64,000 bases of DNA from Syntrophales bacterium. GTDB lineage: Bacteria; Desulfobacterota; Syntrophia; Syntrophales; PHBD01. The DNA is taken from the NCBI GenBank assembly GCA_963668175.1, contig OY764159.1:4288001-4352000 (forward strand). The letters are read 5' to 3'. The notes beneath the pieces are model-generated. The model made no database searches, was not told the DNA's origin, and saw only the letters and a list, made by a program, of their open reading frames with translations. Of the stretch, positions 10,637 to 20,300 are shown piece by piece; position 1 is the first letter of the stretch; every line of letters starts with the position of its first letter. Position numbers and translations under genes: made by a program.

Positions 10637-10891
10637 AAATCCCTTTTCTTGCTATAATATTCTGAAACAAGAATCCTCATCGCTACAAGATCCGAATCAA
10701 CTCACTCTATTCTGGTTCTTGCTTCTGGCTTTCTTCATCTTCAGTTGATCTAAGTGAGTATTTAGGATAATGCTTTTTTATACAGATTTCTCGCATGATA
10801 CATTCTAACAGCATTATTCTAGGAAGAATCCGATATGCCTCTATGTTGGATAATGTCCAGCCGTAGCATACCGAATACGTGAATAGGCGGA

Positions 10892-11650
10892 TCACGAAGT
10901 GACGGGCATTCTGTCGTTAGTCATAAGCAGCGTTGAATAATAATCCTTGATTTTCTCAATTTCGATTTCTAATTGTCTTCCCTCTATATCTCTTTTAAAT
11001 GCCCTTCTCAGTATGGCCATTGAGCAGTTATACTCCGACATGATTTTAAGAATTTCCTTCGTTCGTAACGGACTGCCGCCACCGATGACAGTGAGACCCC
11101 CAAATCCAAAAGGACGGTCTGGTATTGATCTTCTTATCCGCCAAACGATATCGTGTTTAAGAACATCATATGCAAATGACAAATTATAATCGATCGCCAT
11201 GTCATTAAGACCGACATAATATTCGTCGAATCCTAAATCCTTCAAATCCGCCGCGATATCCACGGACGCTCTTGTTTCAAAGAGCAGACTTTTTTTGACG
11301 CCATTTCCGGCGAATTTTATAAAGCTTGCGACTTCTCCCGTTGTATGAAACATGGGGAGTATGACAATATCCGCTCCTTCAGAAGCAATCGCATGAATCT
11401 CCGCTTCACTTTCAGAATGTATCGGATTTGTTCGAGCCAAGATGGGAATGTGCACCGCCTTCCTTATTCTTCGCAGGTCCTCAAGCGATGCCTTATTGAC
11501 TTCGAGATGATACCCAGACTGCCTTTCGGATTTTCCTCTAAACTCGAAATCGACAACGATACGATCTATGCCGGCATCTTCAGCCCGTTTCGCCAGTTCT
11601 GGATCATGGGTGAATAGCATTAATGATGGCAATCGTGAGTACATCGGCAT
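10892..11650 (-). CDS. HpcH/HpaI aldolase-citrate lyase family protein
   Basis: DRIVVDFE..GK.ERQ, ARTNP, VILPMF, LLFET, YVGLNDMA (Mg-binding Glu/Asp pattern), FGFGG. Confidence 0.8.
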   Translation of the reverse strand: MPMYSRLPSLMLFTHDPELAKRAEDAGIDRIVVDFEFRGKSERQSGYHLEVNKASLEDLRRIRKAVHIPILARTNPIHSESEAEIHAIASEGADIVILPMFHTTGEVASFIKFAGNGVKKSLLFETRASVDIAADLKDLGFDEYYVGLNDMAIDYNLSFAYDVLKHDIVWRIRRSIPDRPFGFGGLTVIGGGSPLRTKEILKIMSEYNCSMAILRRAFKRDIEGRQLEIEIEKIKDYYSTLLMTNDRMPVTS

Positions 11651-11746
11651 TAAGATAGATATCGTCTGGGAGTTTCTTAAAAGATCTATTCCTGCTGGGT
11701 GAGTATTCTGAAATTACCAATTGGCAACTCGAAGGCCAAATGGAAT

Positions 11747-13462
11747 TTATGATGGCAATTTTGGCACCCATCCATATTTTCTTTCGATGAAGATATCATG
11801 CCAGTCTGAATATACGGCATCTTTATATCCTGAACGATCATATTTTCCATTGTTCCCCCATCCAAACCATATATTCACGGGCGCCATAAATCCTTTCTTA
11901 TCCTTTCGCTCCACAATCCCCGCTGGAACAAATTTCCGAGCAATTTCTTTAATAATGTACTTCGTTATACCGTCACGTATTTTATATTTATCAGGAAGTC
12001 CGAAACCAAACTCAAGTAATCGGTGGTCCACAAAAGGAGCTCTATTTTCGACACTGTATGCCATACTCATCCGATCGGACATATGGAGTATAATCTGAAG
12101 GGTCGTAAAGAAATCCGTCAAACCCATGCCGTGAATAACGCTTCCCGTAAGCTCAAACCAAGTGCTAATCTTATCATGTAAATATCTATTGTTACGTTCA
12201 TTATAAATGTCAGTGCTGCGGTTGATAAGTCGCATATAACGATCAACAGGACTGCCATAATATTTCTCTATCAGATAAGAATATTGATTCATCGCATCCA
12301 GTTTATATATCTGTTGATCGTTATTCAACAAATGATAACGGTGGTATCCTCCGAATATTTCATCTATACCTTCTCCCGTCAGAAAGACCCTGCTATGCTT
12401 GCTCAGCTCCTCCAAAACACAGAACATGCTGAAGCTTGTCCAGGTCGCCGGCAGATCAAGGTGATATGCGATCTTTCGACGATAGCGCATAAAATGCTCG
12501 GACGTAGGACGCACGATATGCAATTTTTTCCCGATATGCTTGGCTACCATTTCAGCATAGCCCAGCTCGCAATAGTCATCTCCATATTGGTCGTAAGTTG
12601 TTGTGTATATGAACTCAGGTTTCGAGATCGCCGCAACGATAGCACTGTCAACACCGCCGCTCACGAGGCAGGCATAATGATGCGCCGTATTTTTTGTTCT
12701 CAGTTCTATTGCATCGACTAAGAGATCGGTTAATTCTCTAACAATCCATGCTTCATCATCCGGAATGTTATTTATGTTTTCCGTAACCGTCCAGTAAAAA
12801 CCTTTTACAACACCCTTTTCGGAAACCTTAAGATATTGACCCGGCAGCAGGCAATATACATTCTTGAAAAGAGTCAATTCATCAATACATACTTCAAAAA
12901 CATCATATGATGGACATTCTTGATTCAGTTCGGGATCAACTGCACATAATATGCTTTTTATTTCACTTGCAAAATAGAAACGTTCACCGTCATCATAATA
13001 GAAAAGCGGTTTCTCGCCTACCTTATCTCTGACAAGAACGAGTTCGCGTTTGTTAAAATCATATAACGCATATGCATACATGCCGTTAAAATCTTTCGCA
13101 CCGTCGACGCCCCTTTCCTCATAGGCATGCAATACAACTTCAGTATCTGACAGCGTCTTAAATCGGTGTTTATTCTTCAGATTCGCTTTTACATCTTTGT
13201 AGTTATAAACTTCACCGTTGAATACCAGAGCCAGAGAGTGGTCTTCGTTAAGGTATGGAATCGGCTCTTCATTGGTGTTGATGATTGAAAGCCGGTTCAT
13301 ACCCAATCCACAGATGCCATCCGTGAAATGCCCTGTTTGATCAGGCCCCCGATACGACACAATATCGAGCATATTCTTTAAAAGGTTATCGGCTTTCTCA
13401 AGCCACCCCGCCGGAATTTGGGCAATGTTTTTCTTTAAATAAAATCCTGCTATGCCGCACAT
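11747..13462 (-). CDS. asnB: asparagine synthase-like amidotransferase (glycan amidation)
   Basis: MCGIAG, RGPD, FNGEVYNY, SGGVDS, TGEGIDEIFGGY, DRMSMAYSVENRAPF, KKGF. Confidence 0.93.
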   Translation of the reverse strand: MCGIAGFYLKKNIAQIPAGWLEKADNLLKNMLDIVSYRGPDQTGHFTDGICGLGMNRLSIINTNEEPIPYLNEDHSLALVFNGEVYNYKDVKANLKNKHRFKTLSDTEVVLHAYEERGVDGAKDFNGMYAYALYDFNKRELVLVRDKVGEKPLFYYDDGERFYFASEIKSILCAVDPELNQECPSYDVFEVCIDELTLFKNVYCLLPGQYLKVSEKGVVKGFYWTVTENINNIPDDEAWIVRELTDLLVDAIELRTKNTAHHYACLVSGGVDSAIVAAISKPEFIYTTTYDQYGDDYCELGYAEMVAKHIGKKLHIVRPTSEHFMRYRRKIAYHLDLPATWTSFSMFCVLEELSKHSRVFLTGEGIDEIFGGYHRYHLLNNDQQIYKLDAMNQYSYLIEKYYGSPVDRYMRLINRSTDIYNERNNRYLHDKISTWFELTGSVIHGMGLTDFFTTLQIILHMSDRMSMAYSVENRAPFVDHRLLEFGFGLPDKYKIRDGITKYIIKEIARKFVPAGIVERKDKKGFMAPVNIWFGWGNNGKYDRSGYKDAVYSDWHDIFIERKYGWVPKLPS

Positions 13463-13466
13463 AATA

Positions 13467-14813
13467 TTACTTATTCCATCCTGGTATACCTATTTGGCGA
13501 TATGATATCTTGTTTTCATCCCATGGTTTGTTTTTCCAGATTCCCATATTGTCTATAATCAAACGGCAGTTCTTCATTTTTTCCCTTAATATGCTCCAGG
13601 AAATCCGCTTGAAGTCTCTGTGTCCGACAGTAACTACTACAGCATCAAAGTCGGCAAGACCATCAGGATAATCGAAGATATCCAAACCAACGATCGTTTG
13701 AACTTCATCTTTGGAGAAGAACGGGTCATAACACATGATTCTAGATACTTTACCCTTTAAATATTGGGCAATCCTCAAGGCGGGGCTCATGGTGGCAACC
13801 TTGATATTCGATTTGTACGAAATTCCCAAAATGCCAACACGTTCTGCCTTGTTGTGTAAAAGAACATCGGCAATCATTTTCGGCATACTCAGATCTGCGT
13901 AATTTGTTTCACGAAAGATTGACAGGTATTCTGGAGAATTCGCTCCTTCCATAACATATTGAGCTGCGGAAGGCACATCGTAACCACCGGAACCGAAACT
14001 GGGTTGGAAGAGGGGTATTTTGCTCCGCATGGATGCCAGACGCAGGGTCTCTTGGATATCTAAGTCGGGAAAGGCCAAAGCCAACTGATTTGCCATGGTC
14101 ATACCCATTTGCGCATAGCTGTTTTCGACACTTTTCACTAATTCTGCGACGTGATAGTCTGAAGTCTCTATAACATCAACACCGATGATTTCCATTACTT
14201 CTACAACAGTATTGATTGCGTCTGACGTGATGGCCGAGGCAATGCGCGGGGCATCAAACAACCTGCCGTTTTCGTCAAACCAGTCTGTACGTGAACATAT
14301 GCCGATGTTGATGTTATCACCGGGAATGAGTCCATTTTCCTTCAAAAAGGGAATGATCAATCTGTCTAAAGTTCCCGGAATTAAGGAGGATTCGATAATC
14401 AACAGGGGCGGAATCTTCTTGTGAAGATCTTTAATGCCAATAAATACCTTCAATGCATCCATGATCCATTTATTGGAAGGTGTGCTCTCTGATTGCGTTG
14501 GAACAGATATGATATGTACTAGGATGGCGGGATCAACAAGCCCTTGATAGTCGCTTTTGACTTCCAGGCAATGAGATATATCTGAATTCGTAGGAACAAA
14601 ACCCAGATATCCGCGGAGAATGTCAGACGGCATAAACTCGGATTTCAGCCGTTTCAATCTTTCCGGGCTATAGTCGGAAACGACGCAATGAATTCCATTG
14701 GCGATATACTTTGCCAAATCAGAATATCCCAGATATCCTATTCCCCATATTCCAAGTTTCGCATCCCCGGACAACAGCAGCTCACTGTATTTGGTCAGCA
14801 TATCTTTCTCCAT
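13467..14813 (-). CDS. UDP-glucose/GDP-mannose dehydrogenase family protein, divergent (Asp279 at the catalytic Cys position)
   Basis: GIGYLG, VPT, IIESS..PGT, AELVKSVENSY, PSFGSGGYDVP, LGISYKSN, YDP. Confidence 0.85.
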   Translation of the reverse strand: MEKDMLTKYSELLLSGDAKLGIWGIGYLGYSDLAKYIANGIHCVVSDYSPERLKRLKSEFMPSDILRGYLGFVPTNSDISHCLEVKSDYQGLVDPAILVHIISVPTQSESTPSNKWIMDALKVFIGIKDLHKKIPPLLIIESSLIPGTLDRLIIPFLKENGLIPGDNINIGICSRTDWFDENGRLFDAPRIASAITSDAINTVVEVMEIIGVDVIETSDYHVAELVKSVENSYAQMGMTMANQLALAFPDLDIQETLRLASMRSKIPLFQPSFGSGGYDVPSAAQYVMEGANSPEYLSIFRETNYADLSMPKMIADVLLHNKAERVGILGISYKSNIKVATMSPALRIAQYLKGKVSRIMCYDPFFSKDEVQTIVGLDIFDYPDGLADFDAVVVTVGHRDFKRISWSILREKMKNCRLIIDNMGIWKNKPWDENKISYRQIGIPGWNK

Positions 14814-14849
14814 TAAGGCTAATAAAGAGTTTCTAATTAAGAACGGATT

Positions 14850-15884
14850 CTATTTCTTAACGAGACTTAACCTAACCTCTCCTTCATCGCCCCAGAATTC
14901 CTTGCCGTAAGGTTGACTTAAAAGATCTTTCACATCATCGTCCCCTGTGGCGCCCTTGAGAACATGATGCTCGTATTTACAGTATCTGGACAACATGGCA
15001 TGCACCTCCGAATAATCATAATATTTTCTTATAGGGACATAAACATTGTCAGAAAATAAGTAGAATTTATTCTCCCTGAGGTGAAATTGCCGCAATATTC
15101 GAGTTGCCGTGGAATAACTCACATTCTTCAGCGCGTCCTTGAAAATATCATACATCTCCCAGAAGATTCCGCCTTTTCCATAAAGGTAGAGCCAGAACGA
15201 GCCTCCGTGCTTAAGTACCCTCAGATGCTCACTCAATCCCTTTTCTGTATTTTCGATGTGATGCAAAACGCCGTTGGAGATGACGACATCAAAATAATTA
15301 TCTTCAAAATCCATACGATCAACACTCATCTCGCGGAAGGATACATTGTTCAATCCCAGTCTTTTCTTTTGTTTATCTGCAAAAAAGATACTACGAGTTC
15401 CTATATCTACCCCAACTGACTCTGCCGCTCCTAATTGCGCCATGGCGATGGCAAACCGTCCGGTTCCGCATCCACCATCCAGACATCTCTTCCCCTTGAA
15501 GAAATAGGCGTCCATTCCGTTGGCTGCGAGACGTTTATGAATCAGTACCAGCGACTCATCATAGGTCTTTTCCGAATAGCTGGTCCAAGCCGTCTCGTAG
15601 AGCTCTTTTACGGACAAAGTGTGTTCTTCATCCATGTCTGCAAATGAACGATTATCAAATATTGGGTACGCCAGGAATAAAGCCATATTCTCCGACTGCT
15701 TGAGCAATGCGTCTGTCAGAGTCGTATAAGGGTTTCTCTTGCCGGACTCAAATTCGTGCAGATGTTGACTTATAACTGCTACGTTCAAGACTTTAAGATA
15801 GGCACCTGCTCCTGAATCTGAAATGGAATCCATCTTTTTTTTCCATTCGACGAGTGCGCCATAAAATTTATCTTTATCGTTCAT
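14850..15884 (-). CDS. class I SAM methyltransferase
   Basis: LDGGCGTG, GVDIG, FDVVISNGVLHH, RVLKHGG. Start set to ATG 15884 to avoid overlap with the upstream gene. Confidence 0.87.
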   Translation of the reverse strand: MNDKDKFYGALVEWKKKMDSISDSGAGAYLKVLNVAVISQHLHEFESGKRNPYTTLTDALLKQSENMALFLAYPIFDNRSFADMDEEHTLSVKELYETAWTSYSEKTYDESLVLIHKRLAANGMDAYFFKGKRCLDGGCGTGRFAIAMAQLGAAESVGVDIGTRSIFFADKQKKRLGLNNVSFREMSVDRMDFEDNYFDVVISNGVLHHIENTEKGLSEHLRVLKHGGSFWLYLYGKGGIFWEMYDIFKDALKNVSYSTATRILRQFHLRENKFYLFSDNVYVPIRKYYDYSEVHAMLSRYCKYEHHVLKGATGDDDVKDLLSQPYGKEFWGDEGEVRLSLVKK

Positions 15885-15954
15885 TTTTCTATCGTCACTT
15901 TCATAGTCTGTTATTACACCGATATGTTTCCTGCCATTTAAGAGGCTATCTTCC

Positions 15955-17742
15955 TTAGGAAATCTTTTCGAGTAAGAAGGTCCCCATCTGCAGTGCGTCA
16001 AGTTCAGAATTTTCGAAGACATGCAATGCATCGGTTGGTGTATTGACAATGGGAAATCCATGCAGATTGAAAGATGTGTTCAGAATTCCATAGACACCTG
16101 TATGATCGCCAAACGCTTTTATAAGCGCATGATAGTCACTATTCGTTTTACTCGAGACGATCTGTGGTCTGCAAGTCTTGTCCATTGGATGCAGAGCCGC
16201 TTCGAGGGCCCGTCGACCTTCTTGCGTCGTATCGAACGCAACTGTCATGAATGGTGCTTTTAGGTGCTTTGGGTTTACTAAATATGTATCCGCATACTCT
16301 TCTATGATCGAGGCGGCAAATGGCATCCAGAAATCCCTGTTTTTTATTTTCTCATTGATTATTCTTACAATCTTGTCATCCATCGGATTTGCTAATATTG
16401 ACCTGTTTCCCAATGCTCTGGCGCCAAATTCCATCCGTCCGTTAAGACGACCAATAATCTTCCCATCTGCCAATAATCGAGCGATCAGATTATTGCCGGC
16501 ATTCGGCGTTATCCTATATTTATTTCCGACATGATACCGATCCATCGCGGTCTTAATATCAGCATCATCATATTCAGGCCCTAAATAGACATGTTCCAAA
16601 ACGGGAATGTTGTTCGCCGACATATCGTTGTTTTGACAGTAATCATAAAATGCGGCATAAGCGGCACCAATTGCCAGAGATTCATCACCGCCGCTAGGGG
16701 CGACAAAATAATCCTCTACTTCCTCCAATTTACTGATTTGCATACTGGCTTTAACATTCATGGAAACACCCCCGCTGAAAACCACACTTCTGACACCTGT
16801 TTTCCGTATACCATTGACGATCCACGCAGTCAGAAGCTCTTCCACGTATTTCTGCAATCCTGCCGCGATGCCGTCAAAACGATATCCCTCCAAGCGGTCC
16901 CGATAATAGAAGTACATATCCGGCGGGCGATTCATGTAGGTGAAGTCCAGATCATCAACTCTCATTGATTCCCTGAATACTTCATATGGGCCCCTATATA
17001 TCGGCTCAAGGGCATACGGTGCCAAGCCCATTACCTTGTATTCATGTTCACCGGGTTTCATCCCCAGAAGCAGAGTTATATATCTATATAACCGGCCTAT
17101 GTTGCATGAGGCGGAAGAGAAGATGTTTTCAAGCTTACCGCCGCGGAAAGCGCTCACTGTTCCGTTAGAGGTTTCACCGAATCCATCTGCGGTGTAAACC
17201 AAAACATCTCTATCCCGGAAAGGACTGCCGAAAAGAGCATACATGGCATGGCACAAGTGGTGCTCAAAAAACTTTATCTTTTGTGCGGGAATACCGGTAT
17301 GTCTTTGAACGGCATTTCGTCGGAAGTCCCGGTAAGATATATATTTATCCGGAGAGTAGTAGGATATCGAATTCCAACCTCCTGGCGGCATGTCATAATC
17401 GATTTTATCCGGAAACACGTCAAGATAGTTTTTGTCTATCCCTTCGTAAAGCCTCGGATACCAATACTCTTTCTGTTCACGTATACTATCCTTTATTGAA
17501 AAAGACCCCGCCGCGCTTTTGGTTACTATCCTGTCTGGGTCCATGTCAATCGTGGCAATCGCAACTAAATCAATATCATCCCGGTTAACACATGATAAGC
17601 AGTAATCTATTGCCTTCATAGGATATCCCATTTCGTTTTTAAGCCGGGTGAAACGTTCTTCGCTCGCACAGGCCAGTATTTTACCATCATGCATAACGGC
17701 CGCTGTGCAACTGGTTCCCATTGTGATACCAAGTATGTTCAT
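15955..17742 (-). CDS. O-carbamoyltransferase (NodU/CmcH/TobZ family)
   Basis: EERFTR, EHHLCHA, DGFGE, EYKVMGLAPY, GRMEFGARALGNRSIL, LNTSFNLHG. Confidence 0.94.
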   Translation of the reverse strand: MNILGITMGTSCTAAVMHDGKILACASEERFTRLKNEMGYPMKAIDYCLSCVNRDDIDLVAIATIDMDPDRIVTKSAAGSFSIKDSIREQKEYWYPRLYEGIDKNYLDVFPDKIDYDMPPGGWNSISYYSPDKYISYRDFRRNAVQRHTGIPAQKIKFFEHHLCHAMYALFGSPFRDRDVLVYTADGFGETSNGTVSAFRGGKLENIFSSASCNIGRLYRYITLLLGMKPGEHEYKVMGLAPYALEPIYRGPYEVFRESMRVDDLDFTYMNRPPDMYFYYRDRLEGYRFDGIAAGLQKYVEELLTAWIVNGIRKTGVRSVVFSGGVSMNVKASMQISKLEEVEDYFVAPSGGDESLAIGAAYAAFYDYCQNNDMSANNIPVLEHVYLGPEYDDADIKTAMDRYHVGNKYRITPNAGNNLIARLLADGKIIGRLNGRMEFGARALGNRSILANPMDDKIVRIINEKIKNRDFWMPFAASIIEEYADTYLVNPKHLKAPFMTVAFDTTQEGRRALEAALHPMDKTCRPQIVSSKTNSDYHALIKAFGDHTGVYGILNTSFNLHGFPIVNTPTDALHVFENSELDALQMGTFLLEKIS

Positions 17743-17755
17743 ACCTCTCCTTTTG

Positions 17756-19066
17756 TTAACTATTTATCGAGGCTTCTTTCAGGTAATCGATCTGCTCAAA
17801 TACCTTTCGGAAAGCCAGAATCATCTCTTCTATATCTTCAAACGACTGCGGAGGCCGGATGAGTTCGGAAGAGAGGGTCGCGCTAACCATTTTCTCGGCA
17901 ACGGGAAGGTGTTTCATCGAATAATCAACATTTCCGGCATAAAAGGGGCATGAAAAAGGACACCCTTTATTGCCATAACCGACTCTTTTCTGGTAAAGCG
18001 GATATAAATTCAAAGGAATATAATCCGCGTTAAAAGGTATCCCCTCCGCATTTAGTGCCTTTGCAAGGATATTTGCCGGCACCTTTATCTTACCAGTATC
18101 CAAACGGATAGTGTACCTGTAGTAAGTATGTGTACAGTCCCGCTTCACGACCGGCGGAATCAGACCTTCGATATCCCGTATGCCCCGTTCAAAATGATCG
18201 ACGAGTGCCTTTCGCTTTATCAGCATGTCGTTCAATTTATCGGTTTGAGCCATCATGATCGCTGCTTCAATTTCATTCATGCGGTAATTCCATCCAATGA
18301 TGTTTGTAGGGTCGCAAACTGTCATGCCTGTGGCAACAACCGCCTCTCCATGGTTTCTTATCAACTGAAGCCGCTTGGCAAGCTCATCATCATTCGTTAC
18401 GACAGCACCGCCCTCGCCGCATTGGATGATCTTATTGCAGTTAAAACTGAAGACACCCATATGACCTATGGTGCCGGTCAGTTTTCCCTTGTAATATCCT
18501 CCCGGCGACTGCGCTGCGTCTTCAATGACCGTGAGGTTGTGCTTTGCGGCAAGTTCCATGATCGGGTCCATGTCCGCAGGATGACCATAGATATGAACAG
18601 GCATCAGTGCCTTGGTATAAGGAGTGATAAGCCGTTCAACCGACTTTGGGTCCATGCAGAAGGTATCTTCCTGAATATCGCAGAAGACAGGTACGGCATT
18701 GAAGGATAAAATGGCTGTCGCCGTTGCCGTCATGGTCCAAGGCGTAACGATAACTTCATCGCCGGGCCCTACACCGGCAGCCCCAATGGCGGCATAAAGC
18801 CCTGATGTCGCCGAGTTGACACTGACCGTATGTCGAACACGGAATCGTTCGGACCACTTCCTTTCAAAAGCTTTGACATACTCGCCGCCCAGAAAATGTT
18901 CGTTGTTGGATCCCATGAATTCCGAAAGGATGCCGGAGTCCATGACCTCCATAACCATTTTCTTCTCCTCCTCTCCGGTTGTCCGGTGGCGAGGGAAAGG
19001 CGTCCTTCTTACGGGATTACCGCCAAATATTGCCAATTTTTCCATATGCCCAACCTGCATCAACAA
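17756..19066 (-). CDS. DegT/DnrJ/EryC1/StrS PLP sugar aminotransferase
   Basis: NSATSGL, IEDAAQS, FSFNCNKIIQCGEGG, GWNYRM. Confidence 0.93.
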   Translation of the reverse strand: MLMQVGHMEKLAIFGGNPVRRTPFPRHRTTGEEEKKMVMEVMDSGILSEFMGSNNEHFLGGEYVKAFERKWSERFRVRHTVSVNSATSGLYAAIGAAGVGPGDEVIVTPWTMTATATAILSFNAVPVFCDIQEDTFCMDPKSVERLITPYTKALMPVHIYGHPADMDPIMELAAKHNLTVIEDAAQSPGGYYKGKLTGTIGHMGVFSFNCNKIIQCGEGGAVVTNDDELAKRLQLIRNHGEAVVATGMTVCDPTNIIGWNYRMNEIEAAIMMAQTDKLNDMLIKRKALVDHFERGIRDIEGLIPPVVKRDCTHTYYRYTIRLDTGKIKVPANILAKALNAEGIPFNADYIPLNLYPLYQKRVGYGNKGCPFSCPFYAGNVDYSMKHLPVAEKMVSATLSSELIRPPQSFEDIEEMILAFRKVFEQIDYLKEASINS

Positions 19067-19075
19067 GAATTCATT

Positions 19076-20227
19076 CTATCGCCGCTTTCTCGAATCGACG
19101 ATCTTCCAGATACGTTTATCAGCATCCTCCATGACAGGGTAATTCTTTATGCCTTCTGCGTAACTTTCCCTGTAAGACGGATCATTCAGTAATCTGTCCA
19201 GCAACTGGCTCATTTCTGTGCGTGTCGAAATAAATGGAATAATGCCTTGATTTACGGCTTCACACAAGTCCGTCTGTTTTGCACCCACCTGAATGCTTAT
19301 CGTAGGCCTGCCCAACGCGACGGATTCCATCAGCATTATGGAAGCCATACCGACAACAAGATCCGAAGCCTGCAGTAGCGGCACTTTATCAATCTCATCC
19401 GTGATAAAGACGGGCGCCAACACTTTCCAGCTTTGGGGAAATTCCAATTCGAGCTCATGGAATGCATCAGGACTGTCTTTGGGGTGTTTCTTAATTACTA
19501 ATTTCATCCTATGCTTGCCGTCGAAGAGCGCATCCCTGCTCTTAAAATAAACCAACAATTCCTTCAGAATAGATAATTCCGTATATCCGATTTTATCTCC
19601 ATAAGAAGATGTGAAAGGTTCTGAAATGAACGATATGATTTTCTGATTATCTTCTAACTTCAACGTCCTTCTGATAGCCTCGATTTCCCCGGCATCTACC
19701 TTCGTCATCATCCGCCTTAACCTCGATAGACTGGGATGCCCTGTTATGATAATCCGGTTTTCAGGTATTCCGTCCCGAATCATGCCTGAACGGGCTGATT
19801 CATCCATGACACAGATGACATCCGGCAAATATCCGTTAATTTTCTCACCGTGCGGCCCGCTGAATCGTTCTTTATAGTTCTGCCACTGGTCCAATATCGC
19901 AATGCTAGGAACCTTTCTTATCGAGGCCCACTGCCACATATACTTTTCGGTCATATCTTGCTCGGGTATGCTCGACGCGGAAGTCAGCACCGCTTCCGCG
20001 GGGATAAGTTTCTGAATGTCATCCAGATAACTGTTCAGATCTTTTTGCTGAGACCCGCTATATCGAGCGAAAGACAGATCATGGGAAGCAAATACTTTAC
20101 AGGCATATTCTTTACCTATCAAGACATATAAACTATCAGGCTGATTCTTCAGCACGAGCGCTAACGCCTCCGCGCCCCCCGGCTCCCGGGCAAAGCAATA
20201 CACTTTTCCATTCTTTTTTTCAGTCAC
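19076..20227 (-). CDS. GT-B fold protein, candidate CMP-sugar (ulosonate) transferase
   Basis: EPGGAEAL, LDQWQNY, IITGHP, KKHPKD, DLVVGMASIMLMES; follows a cytidylyltransferase gene. Confidence 0.6.
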   Translation of the reverse strand: MTEKKNGKVYCFAREPGGAEALALVLKNQPDSLYVLIGKEYACKVFASHDLSFARYSGSQQKDLNSYLDDIQKLIPAEAVLTSASSIPEQDMTEKYMWQWASIRKVPSIAILDQWQNYKERFSGPHGEKINGYLPDVICVMDESARSGMIRDGIPENRIIITGHPSLSRLRRMMTKVDAGEIEAIRRTLKLEDNQKIISFISEPFTSSYGDKIGYTELSILKELLVYFKSRDALFDGKHRMKLVIKKHPKDSPDAFHELELEFPQSWKVLAPVFITDEIDKVPLLQASDLVVGMASIMLMESVALGRPTISIQVGAKQTDLCEAVNQGIIPFISTRTEMSQLLDRLLNDPSYRESYAEGIKNYPVMEDADKRIWKIVDSRKRR

Positions 20228-20300
20228 GTTTCTGTATTAAGGCGCTCAGGGGACATCTATGGTGAGACATCCGGGTTGTACGCTTGGAATCGATATGGTA

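Noticed and set aside
15885..16061. N-terminal extension of the methyltransferase ORF overlapping the carbamoyltransferase
   Set aside because: Longest-ORF artefact; ATG at 15884 removes the overlap. Similar extensions were trimmed for other genes.
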